Source: Mobula hypostoma (lineage: Eukaryota). From it: 64,000 nucleotides of DNA. A program made the translations under genes and the position numbers. This document shows positions 50,911 through 63,539 of the stretch, piece by piece. Location: NCBI RefSeq assembly GCF_963921235.1, contig NC_086108.1:93374001-93438000 (forward strand), read 5' to 3'. The notes under the pieces are model-generated. The model was given only the letters and a program-made list of their open reading frames with translations, had not been told where the DNA came from and did no database searches. Every line of letters starts with the position of its first letter. Position 1 is the stretch's first letter.

Positions 50911-51894
50911 TTCTCTTTTTTTGGCATCTACACTTTTAATAAAGGATGATTTTAAAGACAAAATATTGATTTGTCTTACCTTCTGAAGAAGAGCCACCAG
51001 CTGTTATTTTTTTAAAAATTAGGAGTGCCTACAAGACTCTGAGCTATCATGTTGCATAACATTTCTGCTAAGAATACAATTTTTACAGCTGGATACAACT
51101 TCCCAAGAACATCTGCAAAGTATGCTGAATGTCATCATCACTCGGCTTTTCGGGAACCCACATTAAACTAGTACAAGTTATAGTGACCTCAAGCCTATTA
51201 GTTTCCCATAAATATTTCTCTGTTCACTGATTTTCTTCAGGTAAAGGAATATGCTATCCTTAGCTCATCCTGCTTGTACTGACGCCAAACAAGTACTGTC
51301 AAAAGAAGTGGAACAGATTATGGTTGGGAGCTGTGGTGGTCAGATGGGGGCAGGATTTAGAGTGCAAATGGTGCCACAATTGGCTCAAATGTGTAACAGA
51401 AGAACCAAGAGCAGCAAAGGCTCCATGGCAACAGTGCAAAGGCAGGCACTGTTTGAAAGAGGGAAAATATAACACAGGCAGCCTGATCCTGAAACCTGAC
51501 AGTTGTATTCTAAAGATTATACTTCAGACTATTTGAAAATGCACTTGCTGTAATGAAGTGATCTGTATGGATGGCATGTAAAACAAAGTTCCTTACTGTA
51601 CTTCAGTACATGTGACTATAATAATAAACCAATTTACTGTAAAGCTACTGCATGTCTGTAACCGCGATTTTAAATTGCAATTAACTGTTGGAAGAGACCT
51701 GTTCCAGGCTGGTCTCTGATGCCAAATCCCAAAATGGTCCTACATACAGATTAAAATTAATCGTTTGTAAAGTATTCTAAAACACAAGCAGTAATAGAAA
51801 AGTCATTTTTTTGGTCTTATTTTTGACTCTGATCTCTGACTACCTATACAAATATAACATATGCAATACACTGTTACAAATGCCGGAAACTTAC

Positions 51895-51992
51895 TTTAAG
51901 TACTCCTCATACAGGTAATCTGTAAGCCGTACTCGGAACCGAAGTTTCAGTTGATTCAAGCCCAATTTCAGGAAGTTATTTACCAAAGATAT
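51895..51992 (-). CDS. ABCD3: ABCD3 exon 6 equivalent (98 nt)
   Basis: ISLVNNFLKLGLNQLKLRFRVRLTDYLYEEYLK; AG/GT flanks. Confidence 0.95.
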
Positions 51993-52225
51993 CTGAAGTA
52001 ACAGAAATAGGGAACTAATCACTACAAAAGCAGAATTTTAAAAAACCACTAGCACTAATAAAAACTACTAGACCTAATTTAGAACAAGGATATCATAAAA
52101 GTCCTATCATTGTAACCCTTAAAATTTGTGGGTCAAAATTAGAGTCAGATTCAGGTTCAACATCACTGGCATATATCATGAAATTTGTTATTTTACACCA
52201 GTAAGGGGTGGGTGGGTATGTGTGT

Positions 52226-52239
52226 GAGAGTGAGTGAGT

Positions 52240-52277
<38 letters not shown>

Positions 52278-52286
52278 AAGAAAGAG
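52226..52286 (+). repeat. (GA)n microsatellite with GAGT/GAAA variants
   Basis: gagagagagagagagagagagagaaagaaagaaag. Confidence 0.9.
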
Positions 52287-52307
52287 TTAGTTTTTACTGT
52301 TTTCTTC

Positions 52308-52640
52308 AATAGCAATAGTTGTGGCAATCCCGCATCACAGTAACATCAGGAAGAAAGAATATGAGAAGCTGGAGAAATAGCAGGACTTGAAAAAGCAGAC
52401 AGAAAGGACACGGAAGGTTAAAGCCAGAGTAATCCTGATGGTGATAGGTGTACTCGGAACTGTAACACCTGGACTGGGAGAGTGGCTCCCACAAATCCCG
52501 GGAACAACATCTGAGATCTCGGTCCAGAAGAGAGCATTACTAGGAAAAGCAACGATACTGTGCCAAACCCTCAAGCTGCCAGGCCTCTGGTAGAGGGCCT
52601 AAGATTGAGGGAAAAATACACACACTCACCACCCATAAAG
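52308..52640 (+). mobile_element. R4/Dong-clade non-LTR retrotransposon 3' end (restriction-like endonuclease C-terminus)
   Basis: One frame reads VVAIPHHSNIRKKEYEKLEK*QDLKK..VKARVILMVIGVLGTVTP..EWLPQIPGTTSEISVQKRALLG..LKLPGLW*. Confidence 0.75.
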
Positions 52641-52701
52641 GGTGAGTAAAAAAAATATATAAAATAAATAAGTAGTGGGAAAAAAGAGGAACGATATAAT
52701 A

Positions 52702-52912
52702 ACACACACAAAATGCTGGAGGAACTTAGGTCAGGCAGCATCTATGAAAAAAGAGTGAATAGTGGACGTTTCAAGGCAGGACCCTTTAACGGGACTGTCA
52801 GCCCAAAAGGTTGACTGTTTACTCTTTTCCATAGATGCTACTTGGCCAGCTGAGTTCATCCAGCATTTTGTGTGTGTTGCCTGGATTTCCAGTATATGCA
52901 GATTTTCTCCTG
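52702..52912. mobile_element. Older short fold-back PLE tail insertion
   Basis: acacacacaaaatgctgga..gcatctatgaaaaaagagt mirrored by actcttttccatagatgc..tccagcattttgtgtgtgt. Confidence 0.78.
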
Positions 52913-52924
52913 TTTTTTAAAAAA

Positions 52925-54015
52925 TATAGTGAAGGAGTTTTCATGTGTTCACTGTCCATTCAGAAATCTGATGGTAGAGGGGAAGAAGTTGGTCCTAAAA
53001 TGCTGAGTGTGTGTTTTCAGACTCCTGCACCTCGTCCTTGACGGTAGTAATGAGAAAATGGCATGCCCTGGGTGATGAGGGTCCTTAATGATGGATGCTG
53101 CCATTTGAAGGTGTCCTTGATACTGGGAAAGTTACTGCTCATGAGTTTACAACTTTCTGCTGCTTTTTCTGATGTTTGTAGTGGCCCCTCCATACCAGAT
53201 GGTGTTGCAACCTGTTAGAATGTTCTGCATGGTACATCTGTAGAAACTTGCAAGTGTCATTGGTGGCATACCAAATCTCCTCAAACGCCGAATAAAATAT
53301 AGCCAGCGTTGTGCCTTCTTTGTGATTGCATCAATATGCTAAGCCCAGGATAAATCTGATCCCTTGATTAGGACTGGTGTGTATTCCCTTGACCTCCCCT
53401 TCCCGAAGAAGTCCATAATCAATTCCTTGGTCTTACTGACGTTGAATGCAAAATTGTTGTTGCAACATCATTCTATCAGCTGATCTATCTCACTCCTGTA
53501 CTCCTACTTGTCACCATCTGAAATTCTGCTAACAATGGTTGTGTCATCAGCAAATTTATAGATGGTGTTTGAGCTGTGCCTAGCAACACAGTTGTGGCTG
53601 TTGAGGGAGTACAGCAGTTGGCTAAGTACGCATCCTTGAGGTGCAGCTGTGTTTATTGTCAACAAGAAGGAGATGTTATTTCTGATCTGCTGTGACTGTG
53701 GTCTCCCAGTGAGGAGGATGTCAAGGATCCAGTTGCAGAGGGAGGTACAGAGGCCAAGGTTTGAGCTTGTTGATTAGAACTGAGGGTATGATTGCGTTGA
53801 ATGCTGAGCTATAGTTAATAAACAGCTGCCTAATGTCCATATTACAATTGTCAAGGTGATCCAAGGCCAAGTGGAGAGCCAGTGAGATTGCATCTGCTGT
53901 AGACCTACTGTGGTGATAGACATATTACAACGGGTCCAGGTTCTTGATTCTAGCCAGGAAACAACCTCTCAAAGTACTTCATCACAGTAGATACGAATGA
54001 CACTGGGCAATAGTC
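52925..54015 (-). mobile_element. Old Rex1/Babar LINE (RT region)
   Basis: gttgtgtcatcagcaaatttata (YKFADDTT on -), aggatccagttgcagagggagg (SLCNWIL), tgaatgctgagct (SSAFN). Confidence 0.8.
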
Positions 54016-54130
54016 GACTACAAGGTATATTGAACAATGATTGGAATGTAGACAGAGTTATGCATGTATTCAATTATGACCCATTAGCTATAGACCACTA
54101 CTGATATAAAAATTACAAAAATATACTTAC

Positions 54131-54200
54131 AGCTGGCATTGTTGCAACAAAGTTGAGTAGATATCTCTTGAAATCTTTGTTGCTCCGACCAATAATTGCA
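54131..54200 (-). CDS. ABCD3: ABCD3 exon 5 equivalent (70 nt)
   Basis: AIIGRSNKDFKRYLLNFVATMPA; AG/GT flanks. Confidence 0.95.
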
Positions 54201-54404
54201 CTGCAAACCATGACATGCATAGAGACTTAGAGCAAAAGTTACATAATCCAAATATAAACTATACAATTCAAACATAAGATTAAAACACTGTACGCATTTT
54301 CATAAAGTCTATACAACTGCCATGAAGATATTCAATTATTATCAGTGTCAGCACTGCTTTTCCATTAATAGCATATATTTTGCATCATATCAAATCATAA
54401 GGCC

Positions 54405-54975
54405 ATAAGACATAGAGCAAATATTCGGCCATTCAGCCCATCGAGTCTGCTCCACCATTTCATCATGGCTGATATATTAATCCTTCTCACTCTTATTCTC
54501 CTGCCTTCTCCCTGTAACCTTTGACGTCCTGACTTATCAAGAACCTATCAACCCAAATTACTCGGCCTCCACAGCCTTCTGTGGCAATGAATTCCACAGA
54601 TTCACTACCCTTTACTAAGAAAATCTTCCTAATCTTCCCTTTATTCTGAGCCTGTGCCTTCCGGGGTCCTAGACTCCCCCACTATAGGAAACATCCTCTC
54701 CACATCCATTCTATCTAAGCCTTTCAATATTCAATAGGTTTCGATGAGATTCCCCCTCATTCTTCTAAACTCCAGAGCCATCAAACTCTCCTCACACACT
54801 AGCCTTTCATTCCCGGAATTATTCTTGTGAACCTCCTCTGCACCATCTCCAATACTACATGTTCTCTTAGAAAAGGGGCCCAAAGCAGCTCACATTACTC
54901 CAAGTGCAGTTGACCAATGCCTTACAAAGCCTCAGCATTACATCTTTGCTTTTATATTCAAGTCTTCTCGAAATG
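54405..54975 (-). mobile_element. CR1 3' part
   Basis: ccataagacatag tail; similar to 15120-15750. Confidence 0.8.
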
Positions 54976-55289
54976 ACATGATCCACATCAAAATCCTGCA
55001 CAATAATATGCAGTGAATCTTAACCATTATTGCTAATAATATTACAAGTTTACACTTTCTTAAGTTCATCCACATAAGTCTTTGGAGTGAAATTGTCAAA
55101 TGAGAGCAATTTCTTTTAAGTAAAATAAAAAATGTCATTTCATAAAGAAATTATACCCATGTACAAAATATTTATGCAAACACAAGAATTCCAGAAAACA
55201 TCACTCAAAATCATTATATCTGCTTCTGTGTAATACAACCCCTTCTTGCTAAAGCCCAGACAGTTGCTGAAGATCATGGCCACATTAAG

Positions 55290-56610
55290 AGTTGATACAG
55301 TTTTACACTCCATGATCCACTCTCCACTCCTACTAGATTCTTCCTTCTTCAGCTTTTTAATTTTTCCACCTATCACCTCCCAACTTCATACTCTCACTCT
55401 CCCACCCACCCACCATTCCCTCATTTGGCTTCACATATCACCTTCTAGATTGTACTCCATCCCCTTCCCTAAATCTTCTTTTCCTGGTTTCTTCCCTCTT
55501 CTTTTCCTGGTTTCTTCCCTCTTCCTTTCCTCTCCTGATGAAGAAGGGTCTTAGCCCTAAATGTCAACTGCTTATTCCTCTCAATAGATGCCGCCTGACT
55601 GGCTGAGTTCCTCCAGCATTTTGTGCGTTATTCTGAGTTGCAAGTAGACAATCTTAGAGGTAGCACCTCTCAATTCTTAGAGAAGACTCTGGTAAATGTG
55701 TCACTGAAGTTGTGACTGCCATCGTTCAGCTTCAGACAACTCATAGAAACTGTCAGTGGCAAGAGTGTAACTTTTACATAAACCCAATGATAATGGCTCC
55801 AGTCTTCCTAACAATTAATTTAAGAGAAATAGCTCATTCAGTCTTAAATTTTGTACAACATTCTGATAATCTAGTGACAGTGAAATCATCAAACGGGTTC
55901 CTCTCTGAATTTATGGAGGCACATAAGAAAACAGATGCTCAAATCTACAGCAAAGAAATAAACTGCTGGAAGAAACTCATTGTGTTAAGCAGGAAGGCAA
56001 ATCCACAGACCTAATGGATATGGATGTGGATGTGGTCTCCTCGACATAGTTGAAACTAAGCATAGACTAGGTAACCGTTTTGTGGAGCACCTGTTCTCTC
56101 TCCATAATAGCCAGATTGAGCTTCCAACTGCATGTCATTTCAACTCCTCTTGCCACTCTCATACCAAATTATCTGTCCTCATCTTTCTCCATTCCCATGA
56201 TGAAGGTCAAGTGCAAACGAAAAAAATATTAGTTCATATTCTGCTTGGCTAACCTGCAGCCCAACCGTATGAGTACTGAATTTCAGGTCACTCAGTCCAT
56301 GCTCCTTTTGCACGTTCATCAGTCCACCCAGGATCTCTCTCCTTTTATTCACTTACCCCATACCCCCTCGTTACCTAGACTCTTCATCCACCCCACCTTG
56401 TTCCATTGACTCAATATTGCTTCCTTATCTGTTTTCACCTATCAACTGCCTGCCTCCACCACAACAGTCCCTCTCACTTCTATATATTGGCTAACTTCCC
56501 TCTATGATCTCAGTTCTGATGCAGGGTTTTGATTTGAAACATCAACCATCCCTTTCCTCCATAGATCCTGTTTTTGACTCGCAGAGTTCACCGGTGTATT
56601 TTTTTTTTCT
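55290..56610 (+). mobile_element. Two decayed PLE 3' fragments (about 55290-55630 and 56040-56610)
   Basis: cctgatgaagaagggtcttagcc tail; gtggagcacctg..catttcaactc..aacctgcagccc GIY-YIG remnants. Confidence 0.65.
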
Positions 56611-56685
56611 GTCTCTTTCCATATAATTCCAGTTTATAGCACCCATATGCAAGTACTGATCAAGTCACAGAGTCTCCAAACATAC

Positions 56686-56774
56686 CTTTCAATCATGGTT
56701 CCATTCTGAATCATCCAGACGTCACAGTAGGTTCGAGCAACAAGCATTACCGCAATGAGTAACAGGTAGGCAGA
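56686..56774 (-). CDS. ABCD3: ABCD3 exon 4 equivalent (89 nt)
   Basis: SAYLLLIAVMLVARTYCDVWMIQNGTMIES; AG/GT flanks. Confidence 0.95.
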
Positions 56775-58457
56775 CTAGAATGAGTAAAATAGGCATCCAA
56801 GTAAACTTACAACTGGTCAAATAAACCAACCCCCCCCCCCCACGTATCTATTGGTTTCAAAGATTCACATCCTCTTTTGCTACTTGCATCAGGTTAATAA
56901 GCGATAAAGTAATACAATAATACTAGATACAAAACAGTTTATTTTCCTGATCCCACAGGGTAATCAACATGATACCAAACAGAGAGTGATCATTTAAGAG
57001 GAAGAGGGAGAGAAAGGAATGAAACAAAACTTATCACAGTCAACCAACTAGATTGAGGACCACATGAATAAGTAACTTGGAATATTCTTTATTCATTTTC
57101 TTTCTGGGTTAGAAAATACACACTATACGATTTGGAAGAAAACACAGGGAAAGTAATTTGCATTCTATCAAAATTTGGGAATAGATGGTAAATTAAATTT
57201 TCTAATCCTTCGCATTTTAACAGGGTATGTATGTAGACTACAGGTAATGGAATTTCGATATGATCCTGAGTACTCCTTTGTGGGTTTGGTAAGTAAAATT
57301 CTGTATTGAACTAACTATACTAAAAGATCTCACAATTTAGTTCTTGGTTTAGTCATAGTCATAGTATGTCCTGAGACAGCTCCTGGTAATGAAAGAGTAA
57401 GTATGAAGGCTGTGGCTTGGGAGAGGGAGAAGTTGATACTCCCAAGTCAGTTTTCAATAATTATGTTGGAAGTTGCAAATGAGCAGCTTAAGTGCTTCAT
57501 CTACTTGATCACTATATATAAGCTGTTTAGTTCAAGATATATGTCAGCTTTATAAGAGTGAAAAGGATAGAAATCAATTGAACAAGCTGGAATATGAATA
57601 CAGCAAGACGTGTGAATCATAACTGCCTGGATTTCTTTGGTTTTAAATGGGCAAACTATTGGACACAACTCTAACAAAAAATTCATTATCTAACGACTGT
57701 CCAAGATCCCTACAGTTCTGCTTAATTTCCTATTCAAGACAATAAATTTCCTTCAACGGCACAAATTCAGCTTTTGCCATGAAGAATCTTCTCAAATGCC
57801 TTCTCAAAGTTCATATAAATAATATCCATAGACAACATCCAGTTCATTACTTCAATCGTCAAAACAAAGACATGTGACATGACACTTCAACACCCTTAAC
57901 AAACCAAAGTAGCCCTATAATTAACTCAAAATTTTCAAAGAATTAATGCACTGTAACATTAATAAGAGGTTTGGTAATTTCTTGACATTAGCTAACAGGT
58001 CCAGAATTGTTTGGTTTTGCTGTTCCTTTCTTGAGTAGTGGAGTGACACAGCAACTTTTCCAAATTGTTTCAGAATTTAAGAGAATTCCAAAAAAATTCC
58101 AAGGAAAGAGCGAGTCTTTAAAGGGATAATATACGTGATGAGCTAGGCAATGTGGGCAGGATCCTAAATTACTACTTCTCATCTGTATTCACCAAGGCGG
58201 CCACATAAGATAATGAGTTCAGAAAGAAGCATGTGGATAATCTGGAGCAGGTCTGTAATAAGCAGGTGTTAAAAATCATGGGGTGCATAAGGACTGATTA
58301 ATCCATCATGCCAGATGGGATCTATCTCAGGTAGATTTGGAAAGAAAGGAAGGAGATAACTGGGACCCCGCTGGAGAAATTTGCACATCTTCATTAGATG
58401 CAGGAGAGGTGCCAGAAGACTGAAGGATAGCTAATGTTGTTCCTTTACTTATAAAGG

Positions 58458-58758
58458 CATCCGTTAGTCTCATGAGACCATGGATTTGCGCCTTGGAAGG
58501 TTTCCAGGGTGCAGGCCTGGGCAAGGTTGTATGGAAGACCAGCAGTTGCCAATACTGCAAGTCTCCCCTCTCCATGCCACTGATATTGTCCAAGGGAAGG
58601 GCATTAGGACCCATACAGCTTGGCACCAGTGTTGTCACAGAGCAATGTGTGGTTAAGTGCCTTGCTCAGGGACACACGCGCTGCCTCAGCCAAGGCTTGA
58701 ACTAGCGACCTTCAGATCACTAGACGAACGCCTTAACCACTTGGCCACGCGCCAACAC
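58458..58758 (-). mobile_element. tRNA-derived SINE with CORE-like central domain
   Basis: Minus strand GGCGCGTGGCCAAGTGGTTAAGGC (A box)..GTTCAAGCC (B box)..GTGTCCCTGAGCAAGGCACTTAACC; TSD acttataRagg at 58447-58457 and 58759-58769; sits in an old CR1. Confidence 0.85.
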
Positions 58759-59040
58759 ACTTATAGAGGACAGCAGGCGTAAACCAGGTAATTACAGGCC
58801 TTACATTTGTAGTAGGGTAAGTATTGTAGAAAATCTGAAAGAATATGATTTAGATGCATTTAGAAGGGCAGAGGCTGATCAGTGTCAATCAGCATGACCA
58901 TGTGTAGGGGGAATTTTGCCTTGAGCTTTTTGGGGAGAAAGGATGTTTTTCTAAGGCAGAAGGTAGTGGTGGTTGGATGCTTTTGTGATTGGAAATCTGC
59001 AACCAGTGGTGTACTGCAGGATCCAGTGGGATCCTTGCTC

Positions 59041-60160
59041 TCGTGGTAGGCTTATTCAGAAAGTCAGAAGGCATGGGATCCAGGGAAGTTTGGTCAGGTG
59101 GATTCAGAATTGGCTTGCCTGCAGAAGGCAGAGGGTCATGGTGGACGGAGTACATTCAGATTGGAGGATTGTAACTAGTGGTGTCCCACAAGGATCTGTT
59201 CTGGGACCTCTACTTTTCGTGATTTTTATTAACGACCTGGATGTGGGGGTAGAAGGGTGGGTTGGCAAGTTTGCAGACGACGCAAAGGTTGGTGGTGTTG
59301 TAGATAGTGTAGGGGATTGTCGAAGATTGCAGAGAGACATTGATAGGATGCAGAAGTGGGCTGAGAAGTGGCAGATGGAGTTCAACCCGGAGAAGTGTGA
59401 GGTGGTACACTTTGGAAGGACAAACTCCAAGGCAGAGTACAAAGTAAATGGCAGGATACTTGGTAGTGTGGAGGAGCAGAGGGATCTGGGGGTACATGTC
59501 CACAGATCCCTGAAAGTTGCCTCACAGGTAGATAGGGTAGTTAAGAAAGCAGATGGGGTGTTAGCTTTCATAAGTCGAGGGATAGAGTTTAAGAGTCGCG
59601 ATGTAATGATGCGGCTCTATAAAACTCTGGTTAGGCCACAATTGGAGTACTGTGTCCAGTTCTGGTTGCTTCACTATAGGAAGGATGTGGAAGCATTGGA
59701 AAGGGTACAGAGGAGATTTACCAGGATGCTGCCTGGTTTAGAGAGTATGCATTATGATCAGAGATTAAGGGAGCTAGGGCTTTACTCTTTGGAAAGGAGG
59801 AGGATGAGAGGAGACATGATAGAGGTGTACAAGATAACAAGAGGAATAGATAGAGTGGATAGCCAGCACCTCTTTCCCAGGGCACCACTGCTCAATACAA
59901 GAGGACATGGCTTTAAGGTAAGGGGTGGGAAGTTCAAGGGGGATATTAGATGAAGGTTTTTCACTCAGAGAGTGGTTGGTGCATGGAGTGCACTGCCTGA
60001 GTCAGTGGTGGAGGCAGATACACTTGTGAAGTTTAAGCGACTACTAGACAGGTATTTGGAGGAAATTAAGGTGGGGGGTTATATGGGAGGCAGGATTTGA
60101 GGTTTGGCACAACATTGTGGGCCGAAGGGCCTGTAATGCGCTGTACTATTCTATGTTCTC
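59041..60160 (+). mobile_element. Young CR1 3' part, second subfamily
   Basis: ORF 58973..59953 ([26 protein letters not shown]). Confidence 0.93.
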
Positions 60161-60224
60161 TTGTGTCATATATTATCAATTTGGATTTGAATGTTGCCAC
60201 TTGCTCTATTTGCTTTACATTTAT

Positions 60225-61195
60225 TATTGTGTGGCTAAGCACAGCTCCAATGCCATATTCAAGTTTGCTGATGACACCACTGTCATAGGCCAAGTCACAG
60301 GTGCAAATCGGCATATTAGGAGAGAAATTGAAAATTCTGGCTCAGTGGTGCCATAACAACAACCTCTTACTCAATGTCAGCAAGGCCAAGGAGCTGATTA
60401 CTGACTTCGGAACGGGGACACCAGAGATCCATGAGCCAGTCATCATTGCAGGACCAGAGGGTCAGCAACTTTAAATTTCTCTGTGTTATTATTTTGTAGG
60501 ACCGGTTCTGGGCCCAGCAGGCAAGTGCAATTACAAAGAAAGCACGGCAGCACTTCCACTTCCTTAGGAGCTTGAGTAGTTTTGGCATGACATCTAAAAC
60601 TTTGACAAACATCTACAGATGTGTAGTGGAGAGTATAATGACTGGCTGTATCACAGCCTGGTATGCAAATTCCAATGCTCTTGAACAGAAAATCCTACAA
60701 AATGTAGTAGACACAGCCCAGTCCATCACGGGTAAAGCCCGACCATTAATCAACATCAACTGCATCCATCATCAGGGTTGCCATCACCCAGGACATACTC
60801 TCTTCTTGCTCTTTCCATCAGTAGGAAGGTACAGGAGCCTCAGGACTCACACCACTATATTCAGGAACAGTTATTACCCCTCAACCATCAGGCTCTTGAA
60901 CCAAAGGGGATAACTTCACGCACCCCGTAATTGAAATGTTCCCACAACCTATGAACTTACTGTCAAGGATTCTTCATCTCATGTTCTCGATATTTATTGC
61001 TTATTTATTTCTTACTATTATTTCTTCCTTTTTACATTTGCAGTTTGTTGTCTTTTGCATACTAGTTGAATGCCCAAGTCTTTCACTGATTCTATTATGG
61101 CTATTATATTATGGATTTACTAAGTATACCCGCAAGGAAATGAATCTCACGGTTGTATATGGTGACATGTATGTACTTTGATAATATATTTACTT
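60225..61195 (+). mobile_element. Rex1/Babar LINE 3' part
   Basis: NAIFKFADDTTVIG; ORF 60572..60913; 3' UTR. Confidence 0.85.
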
Positions 61196-61199
61196 TGCT

Positions 61200-61870
61200 G
61201 GTAAATTAAGCTGGTGATGTTATGGATAGGGAGGAAAATTACCTAAAGCTACATCAGAATTTAAAGCAGATTAGTTGGGCCAAATCTTGGCTGATGAAAC
61301 TTAATCGCAAAATGGCTAGATAGAGTGGGGAGGAAGGTACCCTTCCTTCATCAGGAAGGACATAGAATATAAAATGAGATGCTTTACAACTTTATAAAAC
61401 ACTAGTTAGACTGCATTTGAAATACTGTGTGCAAATCTGGTGGCCATACTACAGTAAGGATGTGATTGCACTGAACAGAATGCTGAGGAGATTCACTACA
61501 ATGTTGCTTGGATTGAAGGATTTAGTTATGGGGGAGATCAAACAGCCTAGCCTTGTTTTCCTTAGAGCAAAGGAAGTTGAGGGGTATCCTTCTGGATATA
61601 TAAAATGATAATAGACAACAGGTAGGGTAGATAGTCAGAATCTTTATCCCCAAGGTAAAGGCATTAAAAACAAGAGAGCATATCTTTAAGCTGAGATGTT
61701 TTAAAGGTGACCTGAGGCAAGCTGCTTTTTTTTTAATATATACAGAGTAGTTGATATCTGGAGCTCACGACCAGAGGAAGTAATAAAATCAGATAAAGTC
61801 ATTAAGTTTAAGAGACATTTGCAGAGGCACTAAAATAAGAAAGGGTTGATCAGGGACAGTGAACATGAAT
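61200..61870 (+). mobile_element. Old CR1 3' fragment
   Basis: ORF 61417..61608 KYCVQIWWPYYSKDVIALNRMLRRFT. Confidence 0.7.
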
Positions 61871-61889
61871 TGACTGAGAGATCCTGTCT

Positions 61890-63480
61890 GACTAGTTCGA
61901 AGTAAAATTTATTATCCAAGTGGATACACGTCACTACATACTGAGACTCTTTTTCTGAGGGCATACTCAGCAAATCTACAGAAGTTACTATACACATCAG
62001 GAACTGTAAACTGTAAACAAACTGTGCAAATACAGATACGAATAAATAGCAATAAATAACAAGCATGAAATAACAATATAACAGAGTCCTTAAATAAGAG
62101 TAGCTATCCCTTTCTATTCAAGAGCCTGGTGGTTGAGAGGTAGTAACTGTTCTTGGACCTGGTGGTGTGAGTCCTGTGGCAACTGTACCTTCTACCTCAC
62201 GGCAGCAGCCAGAAAAGAGTATGGGCTGGGTCATGACGATCTTTGATGATGGGCGCTGCTTTTCTACGGCAATGTTTCATGTAGATGTACTCAAAGGTTG
62301 GGAGGGCTTTACCCATGATATACTGAGCCGAATCCACTACTTTTTGTAGGATTTTCCACTCAAAGGCATTGGTGGTCCCATACCAGGCCGTAATACAGCC
62401 AGCCAGCACACTTTCCACCACACATCTATAGAAGTTTGCCACAGTTTTTGATGACATGCCGAACCTCTGCAGACTCCTGAGGAAGTAGAGGCACTGCCGT
62501 GCTTTCTTCGCAATAATATACATATAATGGATTCAGGACAGGTCCTCTGAGATGGTGACACTCTGGAATTTAAAGTTACTGACCTTCTCCATCTCTGATC
62601 CTCCAATGACTGCTGGCCTATGGACCTCTAGTTTACCTCTCCTGAAGACTACAATCAGTTCTGACTGCATTCAGAGAGGCTGTTGTTATTACACCACTCA
62701 GTCAAGTTTTCAATCTCCCTCCTGTATGCTGGTTCATCACCCTTTTTGATACAGCCCACAACAGTGGTGTCATCAGCAAGCTTGTATATGGTATTGGAGC
62801 TGTACTTTGTCACACAGTCATAGGTGTAAAGCGAGTAGAGCAGGGGGCTAAGAACACATCCCTGCAGTGCTCCTGTGCTGACGGAGATTGTGGAGGAGAT
62901 GTTTTTGCCAATCAGAACTTACTAGCATCTACAAGTGAGGAAATCTAGATCCAATTGCACAAGGGGGTATTGTAGCCCAGGTCATGGAGTTTACTGATTA
63001 GTTTTGAGGGGATGATGGTGCTAAATGCTGACCTGTAATTGATGAAGAGCATCCTGATGTATGCGTCTTTGCTGTTCTGATTTTCCAGGATTGTGAGAAG
63101 AGCCAATAAGATAGCATCTGCTTAGATCTGTTGCTTCAGTAGGCAAATTGGAGAACATCCAAGTCGCCATTCAGACAGGAGCCTATATGCTTCAACATGA
63201 GCCTCTCAAAACACTTCATCACTGTGGACGTAAATGTCACTGGGCAACAGTAATTCAGACAGGTTACCACGCTCTTCTTGGGCACCGGTACAATTGAAGT
63301 CTGCTTGAAGCAGGTGGGTAGCACATACTGCTGGAGCGAGAGGATGAAGATGCCTGTAAAGCTACTTGCCAATTAGTCATCATAGGTCTTCAGTACTCGG
63401 CCAGGAACTCTGTCCGGACCAGATGGTTATCTTGGATTCACTCTCTTGAAGACAGCCCACAAGTCATCTTCAGATGCTGA
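61890..63480 (-). mobile_element. Rex1/Babar LINE, RT to tail
   Basis: ORFs 63136..63372 (PTCFKQTSIVPVPKK..MKCFERL..LQFAY) and 62197..62523. Confidence 0.87.
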
Positions 63481-63539
63481 GACCAAAGTATCATCAGGAG
63501 ACATGGGAGTGCATGATAGTTCCTCCCTGTTTGAGTTTT

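Larger units (their letters stand above)
5691..56774 (-). other. ABCD3: ABCD3/PMP70 gene span in window (17 coding exons, human exons 4-20 equivalent; gene continues past both edges)
   Basis: Hand-spliced exons give a 495-codon open frame matching the recalled ABCD3 sequence: EAA-like motif NSEEIAFY, Walker A GPNGCGKS, signature LSGGEKQR; all junctions GT-AG with consistent phases. Confidence 0.97.

Noticed and set aside
58680..58753. Possible tRNA gene on the minus strand
   Set aside because: Acceptor stem does not close and it continues into a SINE body bounded by a TSD
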